DNA of 54,253 bases from a virus (IMGVR_UViG_3300017589_000044:1-54253); one strand, 5' to 3'; positions 39,909 through 47,901 are shown, numbered from the stretch's first letter. Notes: generated by a model from the letters alone, not told the origin. Numbers and translations: made by a program.

Positions 39909-40436
39909 ATGTCATTATTGATTCAAAAGCTAGATGTGAGTAACTATTGTTTTGTAAATAAATTTAAAGTTAATTCAGAAAGTTGTGAAAATCCAAAGCA
40001 CTATGAAGACTATTTGAAACAAAATGCAATAACTGATTTCAAGCTAGGTGTCGGAACAACTCATATCTTTATTGATGAAGATCAACAAAATATAATGGGA
40101 TATTTTACACTTAAATCTTCTGCTTTAGTGAAAAATATGGGAGAGGAACATAATTTTGGATATCCAGCTATTGAGATTGCAGAACTTGCAGTACACAAAG
40201 ATTATGAACGAAAAGGAATAGGAACGGATATGTTAGATTTCGTTTTTTCAAAAATTGATGACATAAAAGAAATTGTGGCAGTGCAATATGTATTGCTTTG
40301 TGCTGATCCTAAAGCTGAACAGTTTTATTCAAAATCAAAATTTAAATTTCAAAGAGTTAGAAATTTTGAACAGATACCAAGAGAACATTGGAATCAGCAG
40401 TGTGTACCTATGTTTGTAAAGTTAAAAGAAACATAA
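39909..40436 (+). CDS. GNAT acetyltransferase (AtaT/TacT-like putative toxin); intron cargo
   Basis: IMGYFTL, YPAIEIAELAVHKDYERKGIGTDML, AEQFYSK. Confidence 0.85.
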   Translation: MSLLIQKLDVSNYCFVNKFKVNSESCENPKHYEDYLKQNAITDFKLGVGTTHIFIDEDQQNIMGYFTLKSSALVKNMGEEHNFGYPAIEIAELAVHKDYERKGIGTDMLDFVFSKIDDIKEIVAVQYVLLCADPKAEQFYSKSKFKFQRVRNFEQIPREHWNQQCVPMFVKLKET

Positions 40437-40467
40437 AAAAGAACTATCTTAATTGATGGTTCTTTTT
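40436..40467. terminator. Bidirectional intrinsic terminator inside intron 2
   Basis: AAAAAGAACTATC-TTAATT-GATGGTTCTTTTT. Confidence 0.75.
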
Positions 40468-40529
40468 ATATGTTTCAATATAAGTTAATCCCCTACTTTA
40501 TTTATATAAATCAAAATAATAAAATATAA

Positions 40530-40654
40530 TTTTGGACAGAAATAAACACCCAAAACAAATGCTTGGATGCTTATCTCTAAAACTAAACAATTAAATTTTT
40601 GACAAATGGTCAGTTTGCCTTTTGAAAGTTTGTTTTCATATACGAAATCTACAT
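40530..40654 (-). ncRNA. Candidate minus-strand sRNA
   Basis: Promoter TTGCAT-16-TATACT with extended-10 TG (40688-40661); 16-bp hairpin whose G-U pairs form only on the minus strand (40538-40578). Confidence 0.45.
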
Positions 40655-40824
40655 AAATATAGTATATCACATATTTAATTAAATGCAAGTGTTTTCATGT
40701 TAAATTAATTACACTTTTATGCCTAAAGATACAATTTAACGAGAATGGGATTGACCGATCTCATTGCATATGAACTCATTTCTTTAGCACAAGAACACTT
40801 TTAATTACTATATTTGGTATTGAA

Positions 40825-40914
40825 TTATTTTATGTAGTTTGCGATTGCAAGGACAGCCTGAACAACTGTGCATACAATCACTACTACACTAGCGGGTTGT
40901 TGTAGTTTTTTCAT
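40825..40914 (-). CDS. 29-aa hydrophobic peptide, type I toxin-like (MKKLQQPASVVVIVCTVVQAVLAIANYIK); intron cargo
   Basis: RBS GAAAGTGAGG; own promoter TTGTAT-16-TACAAT with extended-10 TG; one predicted TM segment with basic ends. Confidence 0.65.
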   Translation of the reverse strand: MKKLQQPASVVVIVCTVVQAVLAIANYIK

Positions 40915-41014
40915 ATATGACCTCACTTTCCTGTATCGGCTCGTAAGTTTCATATACGTGTTTACCCATATACGCAATTACAATTGTATCACAATTCGAC
41001 ATTAATACAAGTCG

Positions 41015-41026
41015 GAACATTTGTTC
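41015..41026. promoter_or_regulatory. Firmicutes LexA (SOS) box GAAC-ATTT-GTTC
   Basis: Matches GAAC-N4-GTTC; lies between divergent promoters. Confidence 0.65.
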
Positions 41027-41084
41027 ATTTTTCGACAATATTTTTAATTGTAAATATTTTTTGGAATTATTTTCATATTCACTC

Positions 41085-41113
41085 TTGACATCGTAACTCC
41101 AAAGTAGTATTAT
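41085..41113 (+). promoter_or_regulatory. SigA promoter for the HTH-antirepressor operon
   Basis: TTGACA-17-TATTAT. Confidence 0.75.
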
Positions 41114-41140
41114 GGATATTGTAACAGGGAGGTATGAAAA

Positions 41141-41338
41141 ATGTCAGATGTGAGATTAACATTCGTAACAAAGGAATTGGCTCAAAAATTTGATATGACT
41201 TCTAATTATATTATACAAGTTGCAAAGTCTTTGAATTTAAGTGAATCAGAAATGAGAGAAGCTGGGAAAAGGACATACTTGTTTAGTGTAGAAGCAGTAG
41301 AAAAAATAGGAGCTAAATTGGAAACGAACAAAAGATAA
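41141..41338 (+). CDS. Small HTH DNA-binding protein; intron cargo
   Basis: RBS GGGAGG; TKELAQKFDMTSNYIIQVAK...AGKRTYLFSVEAVEKI. Confidence 0.75.
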   Translation: MSDVRLTFVTKELAQKFDMTSNYIIQVAKSLNLSESEMREAGKRTYLFSVEAVEKIGAKLETNKR

Positions 41339-41448
41339 AAGAGCAACCCATCTACTTTGCACGGTGTAGGATTGCTCATACATAAACTTACATCTTTATA
41401 TTATCATATTTCTAAAACTATATCAATGTATTTTTAGGAGGAAATAAT

Positions 41449-42201
41449 ATGAAAAAAGAAGAAATGAAAGTATTAGAAGTTGTAAAGGAAACAAAGATTT
41501 TAGGTAAAAATATTCAAATGTATGGAGATATTAGAAATCCTTTATTTGTTGCAAAAGATGTAGCAGAATGGATTGAACACAGTAATTCCCGTTCAATGCT
41601 GAAATCTATTGATGAAGATGAAAAGGAAGTAAACATTGTTTACACCCTTGGAGGAAATCAAGAACAGTGGTTTCTGACAGAAGATGGATTATACGAAGTG
41701 TGTATGTCTTCCCGTAAACCTATCGCTAAACAAATGAAAAAAGGAATTAAACTATACCTCAAACAAATTCGTTTAACTGGTGGTTATATCCCTGTTGTCG
41801 AAGAAGATGATGATGTGACTATATTGGCGAAAGGTATGAAAATACTTCAAAGAACAGTCGAAGAAAAAGATGCGATTATAAAATCACAACAACCAAAAGT
41901 AGATTCTTACAATCGGCTTGTAAATGCAAGCGGAACTATGGATATGAATACTGTTGCGAAAGAAGTCGGCATTGGTGAATATAAATTATTCGAATATCTT
42001 AGAAACAAAAAAGTTTTATTTTTGAATCCAGATGGAAATAATATTCCTTATGAGAGATTTAGAAAAGAAGGAAAATTTGAGGTATTTGAAAAATTATGTA
42101 GAGACGGAAGTTATCGGTCTGTTACTAGAGCAACCAGAAAAGGATTAACTTACATAGAAAAACTTTTACGAAAAGACAAAATTGTCGGTGGTGTTTTATG
42201 A
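41449..42201 (+). CDS. BRO-N plus KilAC antirepressor; intron cargo
   Basis: PLFVAKDVAEWIEHSN...FLTEDGLYEV..SRKPIAK...IRLTGGY; QPKVD...KLFEYLR...TRKG. Confidence 0.88.
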   Translation: MKKEEMKVLEVVKETKILGKNIQMYGDIRNPLFVAKDVAEWIEHSNSRSMLKSIDEDEKEVNIVYTLGGNQEQWFLTEDGLYEVCMSSRKPIAKQMKKGIKLYLKQIRLTGGYIPVVEEDDDVTILAKGMKILQRTVEEKDAIIKSQQPKVDSYNRLVNASGTMDMNTVAKEVGIGEYKLFEYLRNKKVLFLNPDGNNIPYERFRKEGKFEVFEKLCRDGSYRSVTRATRKGLTYIEKLLRKDKIVGGVL

Positions 42202-42431
42202 TGCACTTCCCTATTGCTACAAAATCATACTTGAAAGTTATCACAGTCAATGTAAGAGATTTTTCGCACATGGAAGAACATCATAGTCCAATTAATGAAA
42301 TTCGTAAAGTTAAGTCTTACATGAAAAAATCTAAAGATGAGTTTGAAATATGTGAATTATATATTATGCACCCAGAACTTTTAACAGCAGAAGATAAGAT
42401 TGCATTAGATTCTTATTTTATTAAATATTAA
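42198..42431 (+). CDS. Hypothetical protein; intron cargo
   Basis: Overlaps the antirepressor stop (ATGA coupling); terminator follows. Confidence 0.6.
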   Translation: MMHFPIATKSYLKVITVNVRDFSHMEEHHSPINEIRKVKSYMKKSKDEFEICELYIMHPELLTAEDKIALDSYFIKY

Positions 42432-42440
42432 CCAAAAATT

Positions 42441-42468
42441 AGAGAGTGGTTTTATATCACTCTCTTTT
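42441..42468 (+). terminator. Intrinsic terminator inside intron 2, between convergent genes
   Basis: AGAGAGTGGT-TTTAT-ATCACTCTCT-TTT. Confidence 0.7.
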
Positions 42469-42497
42469 CATTGTGCTAATTTAATTAAAACTGTATC

Positions 42498-42980
42498 TTA
42501 TCTTCTTGGTTTCCATTTGTGACCACAGCGACCACAGCGATTCATAGTCGCACCACTTCCAATAAATCCAGTCATAACACTAAAACCTTTTCGTCCTGTT
42601 ACAACTGTACTACTGCCACATTTAGGGCATTTTGGAGCAACAGAACTAGGATCATAATGTATTGGTGATTCAATAGCTTGATTATCCATTCCTATTATTG
42701 GAGATTCATAATAATGTTCTTTTGGTTCACATTTAACTATTCCAACATCTTTACACATAACTGTCTTATCCGTATCTTCATCAATTATTTGAACCCTAAT
42801 ATCATGGTCTACAAATGGTTGCATTATCAATTTTACTTCTTCTAATGTTAGATTGATTGCCATAGTGAATGGTGTAGAATGTCTAATATCTAAAGTTTGT
42901 TGTAAATTGTAACCTAACACTTCATCAAGATAAATTCCAGAATAAATACTATCTCCATTAATTAATTTTAATGAATACAA
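42498..42980 (-). CDS. Zn-ribbon protein with L7/L12-CTD-like N-terminus; antisense intron cargo
   Basis: CPKCGS...CGRCGHKW; RBS GGTGGAG; own promoter. Confidence 0.75.
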   Translation of the reverse strand: MYSLKLINGDSIYSGIYLDEVLGYNLQQTLDIRHSTPFTMAINLTLEEVKLIMQPFVDHDIRVQIIDEDTDKTVMCKDVGIVKCEPKEHYYESPIIGMDNQAIESPIHYDPSSVAPKCPKCGSSTVVTGRKGFSVMTGFIGSGATMNRCGRCGHKWKPRR

Positions 42981-43056
42981 GATGCTCCACCGCCTTTTCT
43001 TTTTAGTAGTTCTATATATACAATACTAACAAACATAAAATAATATTCCCAACAAT

Positions 43057-43085
43057 ATTATACAACAGTTTGATATTCAATGCAA
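43057..43085 (-). promoter_or_regulatory. Antisense SigA promoter straddling the intron 2 3' splice site
   Basis: TTGCAT (43085-43080, in exon 3)-17-TATAAT (43062-43057, in the intron). Confidence 0.6.
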
Positions 43086-46000
43086 GTAAGTTAGTTGCGT
43101 ATGGAACAGCTTTAAAATCAACGACGACCAGTGTAGCAGAATTAACGGCGTTAACAGAAGGATTAAATGTCCAACAATCTTTAAATGTATTGTCAACTCG
43201 TAATTTAACTAAAGCAAATATTGAAAAAATTCTAACAGACAACGGAATTGCTGCATCTGAGGCACAAAAAGCAGCAGCTACAATAACATCAACTACGGTA
43301 AATGCAGGTGCGACAGCAGCAACTACTGCTTATACAACGGCTTTATGGGCTAATATCAAAGCATTAGGTGTTTGGATGGTAACGAATCCCGTCGGATGGC
43401 TTATATTAGCTGGGACTGCTATTTATGGAGTAGCCAAAGCTACCCAAGCAGCTACTACTACATTTGCAGAACACCAAGAGAACGTTAATGGACTAAAAGA
43501 AAACTATGCTAAACTCAATAGTGAATTAGACGCTTTAAAAGGTAAGGATGATTTAACTGCTGGGGAAACTAAAAGATTAGATTATCTCGAAAGAAGACTA
43601 GCACTTGAAGAAAAGATTTTAAAAACTGCGAATAAAAAACTTGCTGAAAGTGAAATTTCTGGCAAAGGGGATATTACAAGTGATGGAATTGTCGGTGATT
43701 CACTTACCACAAAAGCAAAATTTCTCACAGTTGATACAGATACGTCAACTCAACTTAAATCACTTGAAGATGTTAGGAGTAAAATTCAAGAATTAGATTC
43801 AACATCTTCTAATTATGAATCAACTGTTGAAAGATTGACAAACCAAGAAGAAGATATCACTTTAAAATTAGAAGGTCAAAAAAATACTTTAGATGAATTG
43901 GAATTGAAATATTTAGATTATGCGAATAAAATTCAGTCGTATTTAGATGCTGGAGTTTTTGACGATGATGCTGAACAGAAAGAAAAAATGCAATCATTAG
44001 TTGATGAATATAATTCTACTGCTGATCAAATTGAGGCAAGAAAAATATCCATAGCAATAGAACTTGGTGATTCTAGTTATGTATTTGAAACAGATATATT
44101 TAAAAAAGCCGAAAAGGATTTGGCTGATTTAGCAAAACAAGGGAAATTAACTTCAGATACTTTAGCCGATAATAAATACAAAGAATTATCTGCTTTAATG
44201 GATTTATTCGGTATCTCACTTGAAGATGTTATCGATAAATTGAATGGTGTAACATCTGAATCTGAAAATGCTATGTCCCCTCTTACGTCTAGCGTTGAAG
44301 AATATGGAAAAGCAATAGATTCTCTCCCAACGAAATTAGGAGAACTTGAAGAAATTCAAGCAAAAGTAAATGACGGATATTCTTATAGTTACGATGAAAT
44401 TGAAAAACTAAAAGAAAAATACCCAGAATTACAAAGTGCCATATATAGGACTGCTGAAGGTTGGGCAATTGAAAAAGGTGCAGTAGATGAATTATATACG
44501 TCTACTGGAGATTTAGGTTCTCAGTATGTAAATGTTCAACAAGCAATGAGTGATGCTTTAAGTTCTGATATGGCTATCAGATTGAGTAATTTAGGCATAG
44601 AACTAGAAGGAATTAAAACAATTGCAGATGCTTATGCCGCTATTGCAAATGTAGGTAGGAATACTTTACAAAGAGCTGGGGCTAGTGTACCTAACCTCGT
44701 TACTGGTGGTATTATGGATAAGAGCATCCAAAATGCCATAGGTAAAGCAGTTGTTGGTAAAGAAGGAGTCGACTTTACAAATAATTATGCTGTCAACACT
44801 TCTAAATTTGATGAGTTGCAAAAAAAAATGAAAGACTTGAAAGCTGGAGGGTTTTCTGGTGGAAAGTCAAGTGGCTCTGGCGGTTCTAAAGGAAGTGGAG
44901 GATCTAAAGGTAGCGGTTCATCAAAAGAAATTGATGCTTATAAATCTGAATTAGAACAATTCAAAAAGTTAGAAGCTGAATTAGAAAAAGTACAATCAGA
45001 TATCTCTGTTAATGAAAAGAAATACAGTAATACAGAAGACGAAAAAGAGAAAATCGCCCTACTTCAACAAAGAATTTCGCTTACACAGAAAGAACAAGTT
45101 GCTCTTCATAATTTAAACACTGCTAGAGATAAAGAAATTTCTAAAAATGTCGCCCTTCTTAAACAAAAAGGTTTTAAAGTTGCTTACAATCCAGATTCAA
45201 ATGAACTTGAAATTAAGAATATGGAACAACTTAACAAATTAAAATCTGGTGACCAAGAGAAAACGAATGAGTTAATCAAAGAATATGAAGAACTCATTAA
45301 GACGACTGAATCTCTAAACGAAGCAAATCAAAAAGGTTCTGAATCATGGTGGGATAGTTCTTATAATTTGGAAAAATATAAAAAAGAAATTGAAGATGTT
45401 AGACGGACTATTTTTGACAAAGATATTAACGATATGGACTTCTCTACCCTATTCTTTGATGGTGTTTCTGGAAAAGAAAATGAGTTAATTTCTGCTTATG
45501 ATGGTATTATTGCGAAAATACAAAACGAAACAAAACGTGAGTATGCCACAGGATTGACAGATAAAGACGATTATATTCAAGAATTGATTAAGAAAGAAAA
45601 AGATTACGTAGACAAAGTAAAATCTGTAAGAAAAGGTATTTATGATGCAGAATTAGCTAGTAACGACCATCTGTTAGACTTGTTGAAATCAAGAGATAAC
45701 ACTAAAAATCGTCAAATTGATATTGTTGAACAGAAGATGAAAAATGCAATGAAACGTAGACAGTCTTTGATTGATGAAGATTATTCTGCTAATATTGACG
45801 AAATTCAATCTCTTGAAAAAGCATGGACTCAATACTACGATGACTTATTGAATACGCAAATTGAGTATTTAAACAAGCAGAAAGAAGATAAAGATGGTGC
45901 ATTATCCGCTGTTAATGATTTAATTGATGAAAAAATTAAGGCTTTGAATAAGGAAAAAGAATCTCTTCAAGCAGTAAATGAAGAACATGACAAAGCTTTT

Positions 46001-47587
46001 AAATTATCTCAATTGAAAGCTAATCTTGACAAGGCTAATTCTCAACAAACATCAAAAATTTATAGAAAAGGTCAAGGGTTTGTAGACGAGGTAAATTTAG
46101 ATGATATTGAAACCGCAAAGAATGAACTTCGTGATTTTGAATTTGAACAACAAATTGATGCAATCGACAAACAGATTGATGCTTGGGACAAATATAAAGA
46201 TAAATGGGCAGAAATTCCTACTGCATTTGAAAAGGAACAAAATAAACTCAAAGCTATTCAAGAACTTGGAGTAAATTGGGAAGATAAAATTTCTAATAAG
46301 CGTATTGATATTGTTGATACTTTCAAAGATAATTATATCGATTTACAAGAAGATATTCAAGATATATCAGATGAATTAGCGGAACACATGAGTAATGCTT
46401 ATCAATCAATGGTGGACACATTTGCGAAAATGGCTAAACTATATGAGGGTAATGGTTCTGATAAATTAAATGGTATGAATAATGGTGCGAAAACATTCTA
46501 CTCTACTAAAGATGGTTCTGCTCCTTCTGGTGCTGGAATTGGTGATAAAATACTTACCAACAATGGCACATATCAAATTGTAAATGCTAATACGAAAGGT
46601 GCTAATTACAACGAAAAAACGCAACTTTGGAGTATAAAGCTGGATAGTACAAAACGTACAATACAGGATTCTTTGAGAGGAACAGAAGATTTAACGGATA
46701 AAGTTATACGTGCATCAAGTACGATAGATGAAAATTCACAAGGTGTTAAAGGTAACTCATCATCTTTAGAATATTTGTCTGGTAATACAGATGAGAATAC
46801 TCTTTCTACTGAAGATAACACTTCAGCTGACCATTTGAACACTGAAGCATTATATAATTTAAAGTCGTCTATGGATAACTTTGAGTTTAATACTGGTGAA
46901 GCTGGAGCAATTGGTGGTGGAGGAATTGGTGGTAGCAGTAGCGACTACACACGTACATATTCATATACGTGGTCTGATGGAACGACAACTTCTTCGTCTA
47001 GTAGCAACTACAATACAGCAAGAGATGAAGCTGGGAAAAGCAGTAATACATCTTTAGTAACATCTTCTTCATCTAGCACAAGGAATAGTTCTAGTGGTGG
47101 TTCTAGTAGTAAAGGATCATCTATTGGTAGTTCCATTAAGAATACAGTTTCAAAAATTGGTAGTGCAATTAAAAACGCTTTTAGTAAACACGCAGATGGT
47201 GTAATTGGAATTAATTCACCAGAAAATTCTATTGTAGATGAGTTAGGCAAAGAATTGCGTATTGAACCAGACAGAGGTAGATTAGTTTCAATGTCTATGG
47301 GTTCTAGTGTTATTCCTGCTCAAATTTCAAAAACATTATGGAAATTCGGAGAAAACCCAACAAGCTCACTCTCTGACATGATTAGAAATAATCCAGATAT
47401 ATTGAACAGTATTCGACCTAATAATTTTACATCACCTAAACTTAATCTGAATTCATCTGCTCCAGAACAAAAAACTGAAATTAGTTATAACTTTGGAGAT
47501 TTGAATTTACCTCATGTAACTGATGCAAAATCGTTGAGTAGAGAATTACCATTATTGGTTAAACAAATGATAGAAAAAAGAAAATAA
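43073..47587 (+). CDS. Tape measure protein exon 3 (1504 aa)
   Basis: TNPVGWLILAG TM segment, long coiled coils, HADG..VDELGKE motif; no RBS before TTG 43070; junction reads KNIG|IFNASK. Confidence 0.9.
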   Translation: MFNASKLVAYGTALKSTTTSVAELTALTEGLNVQQSLNVLSTRNLTKANIEKILTDNGIAASEAQKAAATITSTTVNAGATAATTAYTTALWANIKALGVWMVTNPVGWLILAGTAIYGVAKATQAATTTFAEHQENVNGLKENYAKLNSELDALKGKDDLTAGETKRLDYLERRLALEEKILKTANKKLAESEISGKGDITSDGIVGDSLTTKAKFLTVDTDTSTQLKSLEDVRSKIQELDSTSSNYESTVERLTNQEEDITLKLEGQKNTLDELELKYLDYANKIQSYLDAGVFDDDAEQKEKMQSLVDEYNSTADQIEARKISIAIELGDSSYVFETDIFKKAEKDLADLAKQGKLTSDTLADNKYKELSALMDLFGISLEDVIDKLNGVTSESENAMSPLTSSVEEYGKAIDSLPTKLGELEEIQAKVNDGYSYSYDEIEKLKEKYPELQSAIYRTAEGWAIEKGAVDELYTSTGDLGSQYVNVQQAMSDALSSDMAIRLSNLGIELEGIKTIADAYAAIANVGRNTLQRAGASVPNLVTGGIMDKSIQNAIGKAVVGKEGVDFTNNYAVNTSKFDELQKKMKDLKAGGFSGGKSSGSGGSKGSGGSKGSGSSKEIDAYKSELEQFKKLEAELEKVQSDISVNEKKYSNTEDEKEKIALLQQRISLTQKEQVALHNLNTARDKEISKNVALLKQKGFKVAYNPDSNELEIKNMEQLNKLKSGDQEKTNELIKEYEELIKTTESLNEANQKGSESWWDSSYNLEKYKKEIEDVRRTIFDKDINDMDFSTLFFDGVSGKENELISAYDGIIAKIQNETKREYATGLTDKDDYIQELIKKEKDYVDKVKSVRKGIYDAELASNDHLLDLLKSRDNTKNRQIDIVEQKMKNAMKRRQSLIDEDYSANIDEIQSLEKAWTQYYDDLLNTQIEYLNKQKEDKDGALSAVNDLIDEKIKALNKEKESLQAVNEEHDKAFKLSQLKANLDKANSQQTSKIYRKGQGFVDEVNLDDIETAKNELRDFEFEQQIDAIDKQIDAWDKYKDKWAEIPTAFEKEQNKLKAIQELGVNWEDKISNKRIDIVDTFKDNYIDLQEDIQDISDELAEHMSNAYQSMVDTFAKMAKLYEGNGSDKLNGMNNGAKTFYSTKDGSAPSGAGIGDKILTNNGTYQIVNANTKGANYNEKTQLWSIKLDSTKRTIQDSLRGTEDLTDKVIRASSTIDENSQGVKGNSSSLEYLSGNTDENTLSTEDNTSADHLNTEALYNLKSSMDNFEFNTGEAGAIGGGGIGGSSSDYTRTYSYTWSDGTTTSSSSSNYNTARDEAGKSSNTSLVTSSSSSTRNSSSGGSSSKGSSIGSSIKNTVSKIGSAIKNAFSKHADGVIGINSPENSIVDELGKELRIEPDRGRLVSMSMGSSVIPAQISKTLWKFGENPTSSLSDMIRNNPDILNSIRPNNFTSPKLNLNSSAPEQKTEISYNFGDLNLPHVTDAKSLSRELPLLVKQMIEKRK

Positions 47588-47594
47588 AATATAC

Positions 47595-47631
47595 AGGTTG
47601 TCACTTTTTATATTAAGTGGCAGCCTTTTTT
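47595..47631 (+). terminator. Intrinsic terminator after TMP
   Basis: AGGTTGTCACTT...AAGTGGCAGCCT followed by a T run. Confidence 0.75.
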
Positions 47632-47649
47632 GATGAAAGGAGTTTATCA

Positions 47650-47901
47650 ATGAATGAACAAGATAATATCATGCTTGATACAATAAATCTACTTTTACAA
47701 AAAATAGAAAAGATTGCAAATCCAGATAAAACATATTCTGGTATTGTAACAGAAGTTTTACAGAATGGATATTATCAAGTTGAAATAAAAGATTCTGTCC
47801 ATAAGATTAAATCTGGATTCACATATACCGTTGGCGAAAGAGTCAATGTTTTGTTTATTCAAAGCAACAAAAACAACTTATATTTGTATCCAAACAAGTG
47901 A
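47650..47901 (+). CDS. Small baseplate-associated protein
   Basis: RBS GAAAGGAG and ATG 47650; DKTYSGIV...YTVGERVNV. Confidence 0.65.
   Translation: MNEQDNIMLDTINLLLQKIEKIANPDKTYSGIVTEVLQNGYYQVEIKDSVHKIKSGFTYTVGERVNVLFIQSNKNNLYLYPNK

Larger units (their letters stand above)
38846..43072 (+). ncRNA. Group I intron 2 in TMP (4227 nt) carrying cargo genes in the P9 region
   Basis: U38845.G38891 in P1; guide ATTGAATAT (38882-38890) complementary to exon 3 start ATATTCAAT; P3 ATACCGT/ACGGTAT; P4 TGCTGG/TCAGCA; R GTTCACAGACTA 39186-39197; P7 partner TAGTC 39243-39247; P9.0 AAAC(39249-52)/GTTT(43068-71); terminal G 43072. Confidence 0.88.

Noticed and set aside
40485-40688. 67-aa minus-strand ORF; c-di-GMP-I riboswitch suggested by GGCAAAC
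   Set aside because: The ORF start coincides with a -35 hexamer and has no RBS; the riboswitch GAAA hairpin and GCAAAG element are missing
38086-43072. TMP split explained by frameshift, stop-codon recoding, pseudogenisation or a group II intron
   Set aside because: Group I core elements and exact in-frame junctions explain the split; TAG and TGA act as normal stops elsewhere; no GUGYG start, domain V or RT seen
39270-43072. Intron 2 as an IStron or homing-endonuclease intron
   Set aside because: No TnpA/TnpB, serine recombinase, HNH, GIY-YIG or LAGLIDADG motifs in the cargo ORFs
44848-47130. Gly/Ser-rich repeats in TMP exon 3 as an insertion or repeat element
   Set aside because: In-frame low-complexity linkers, common in long TMPs
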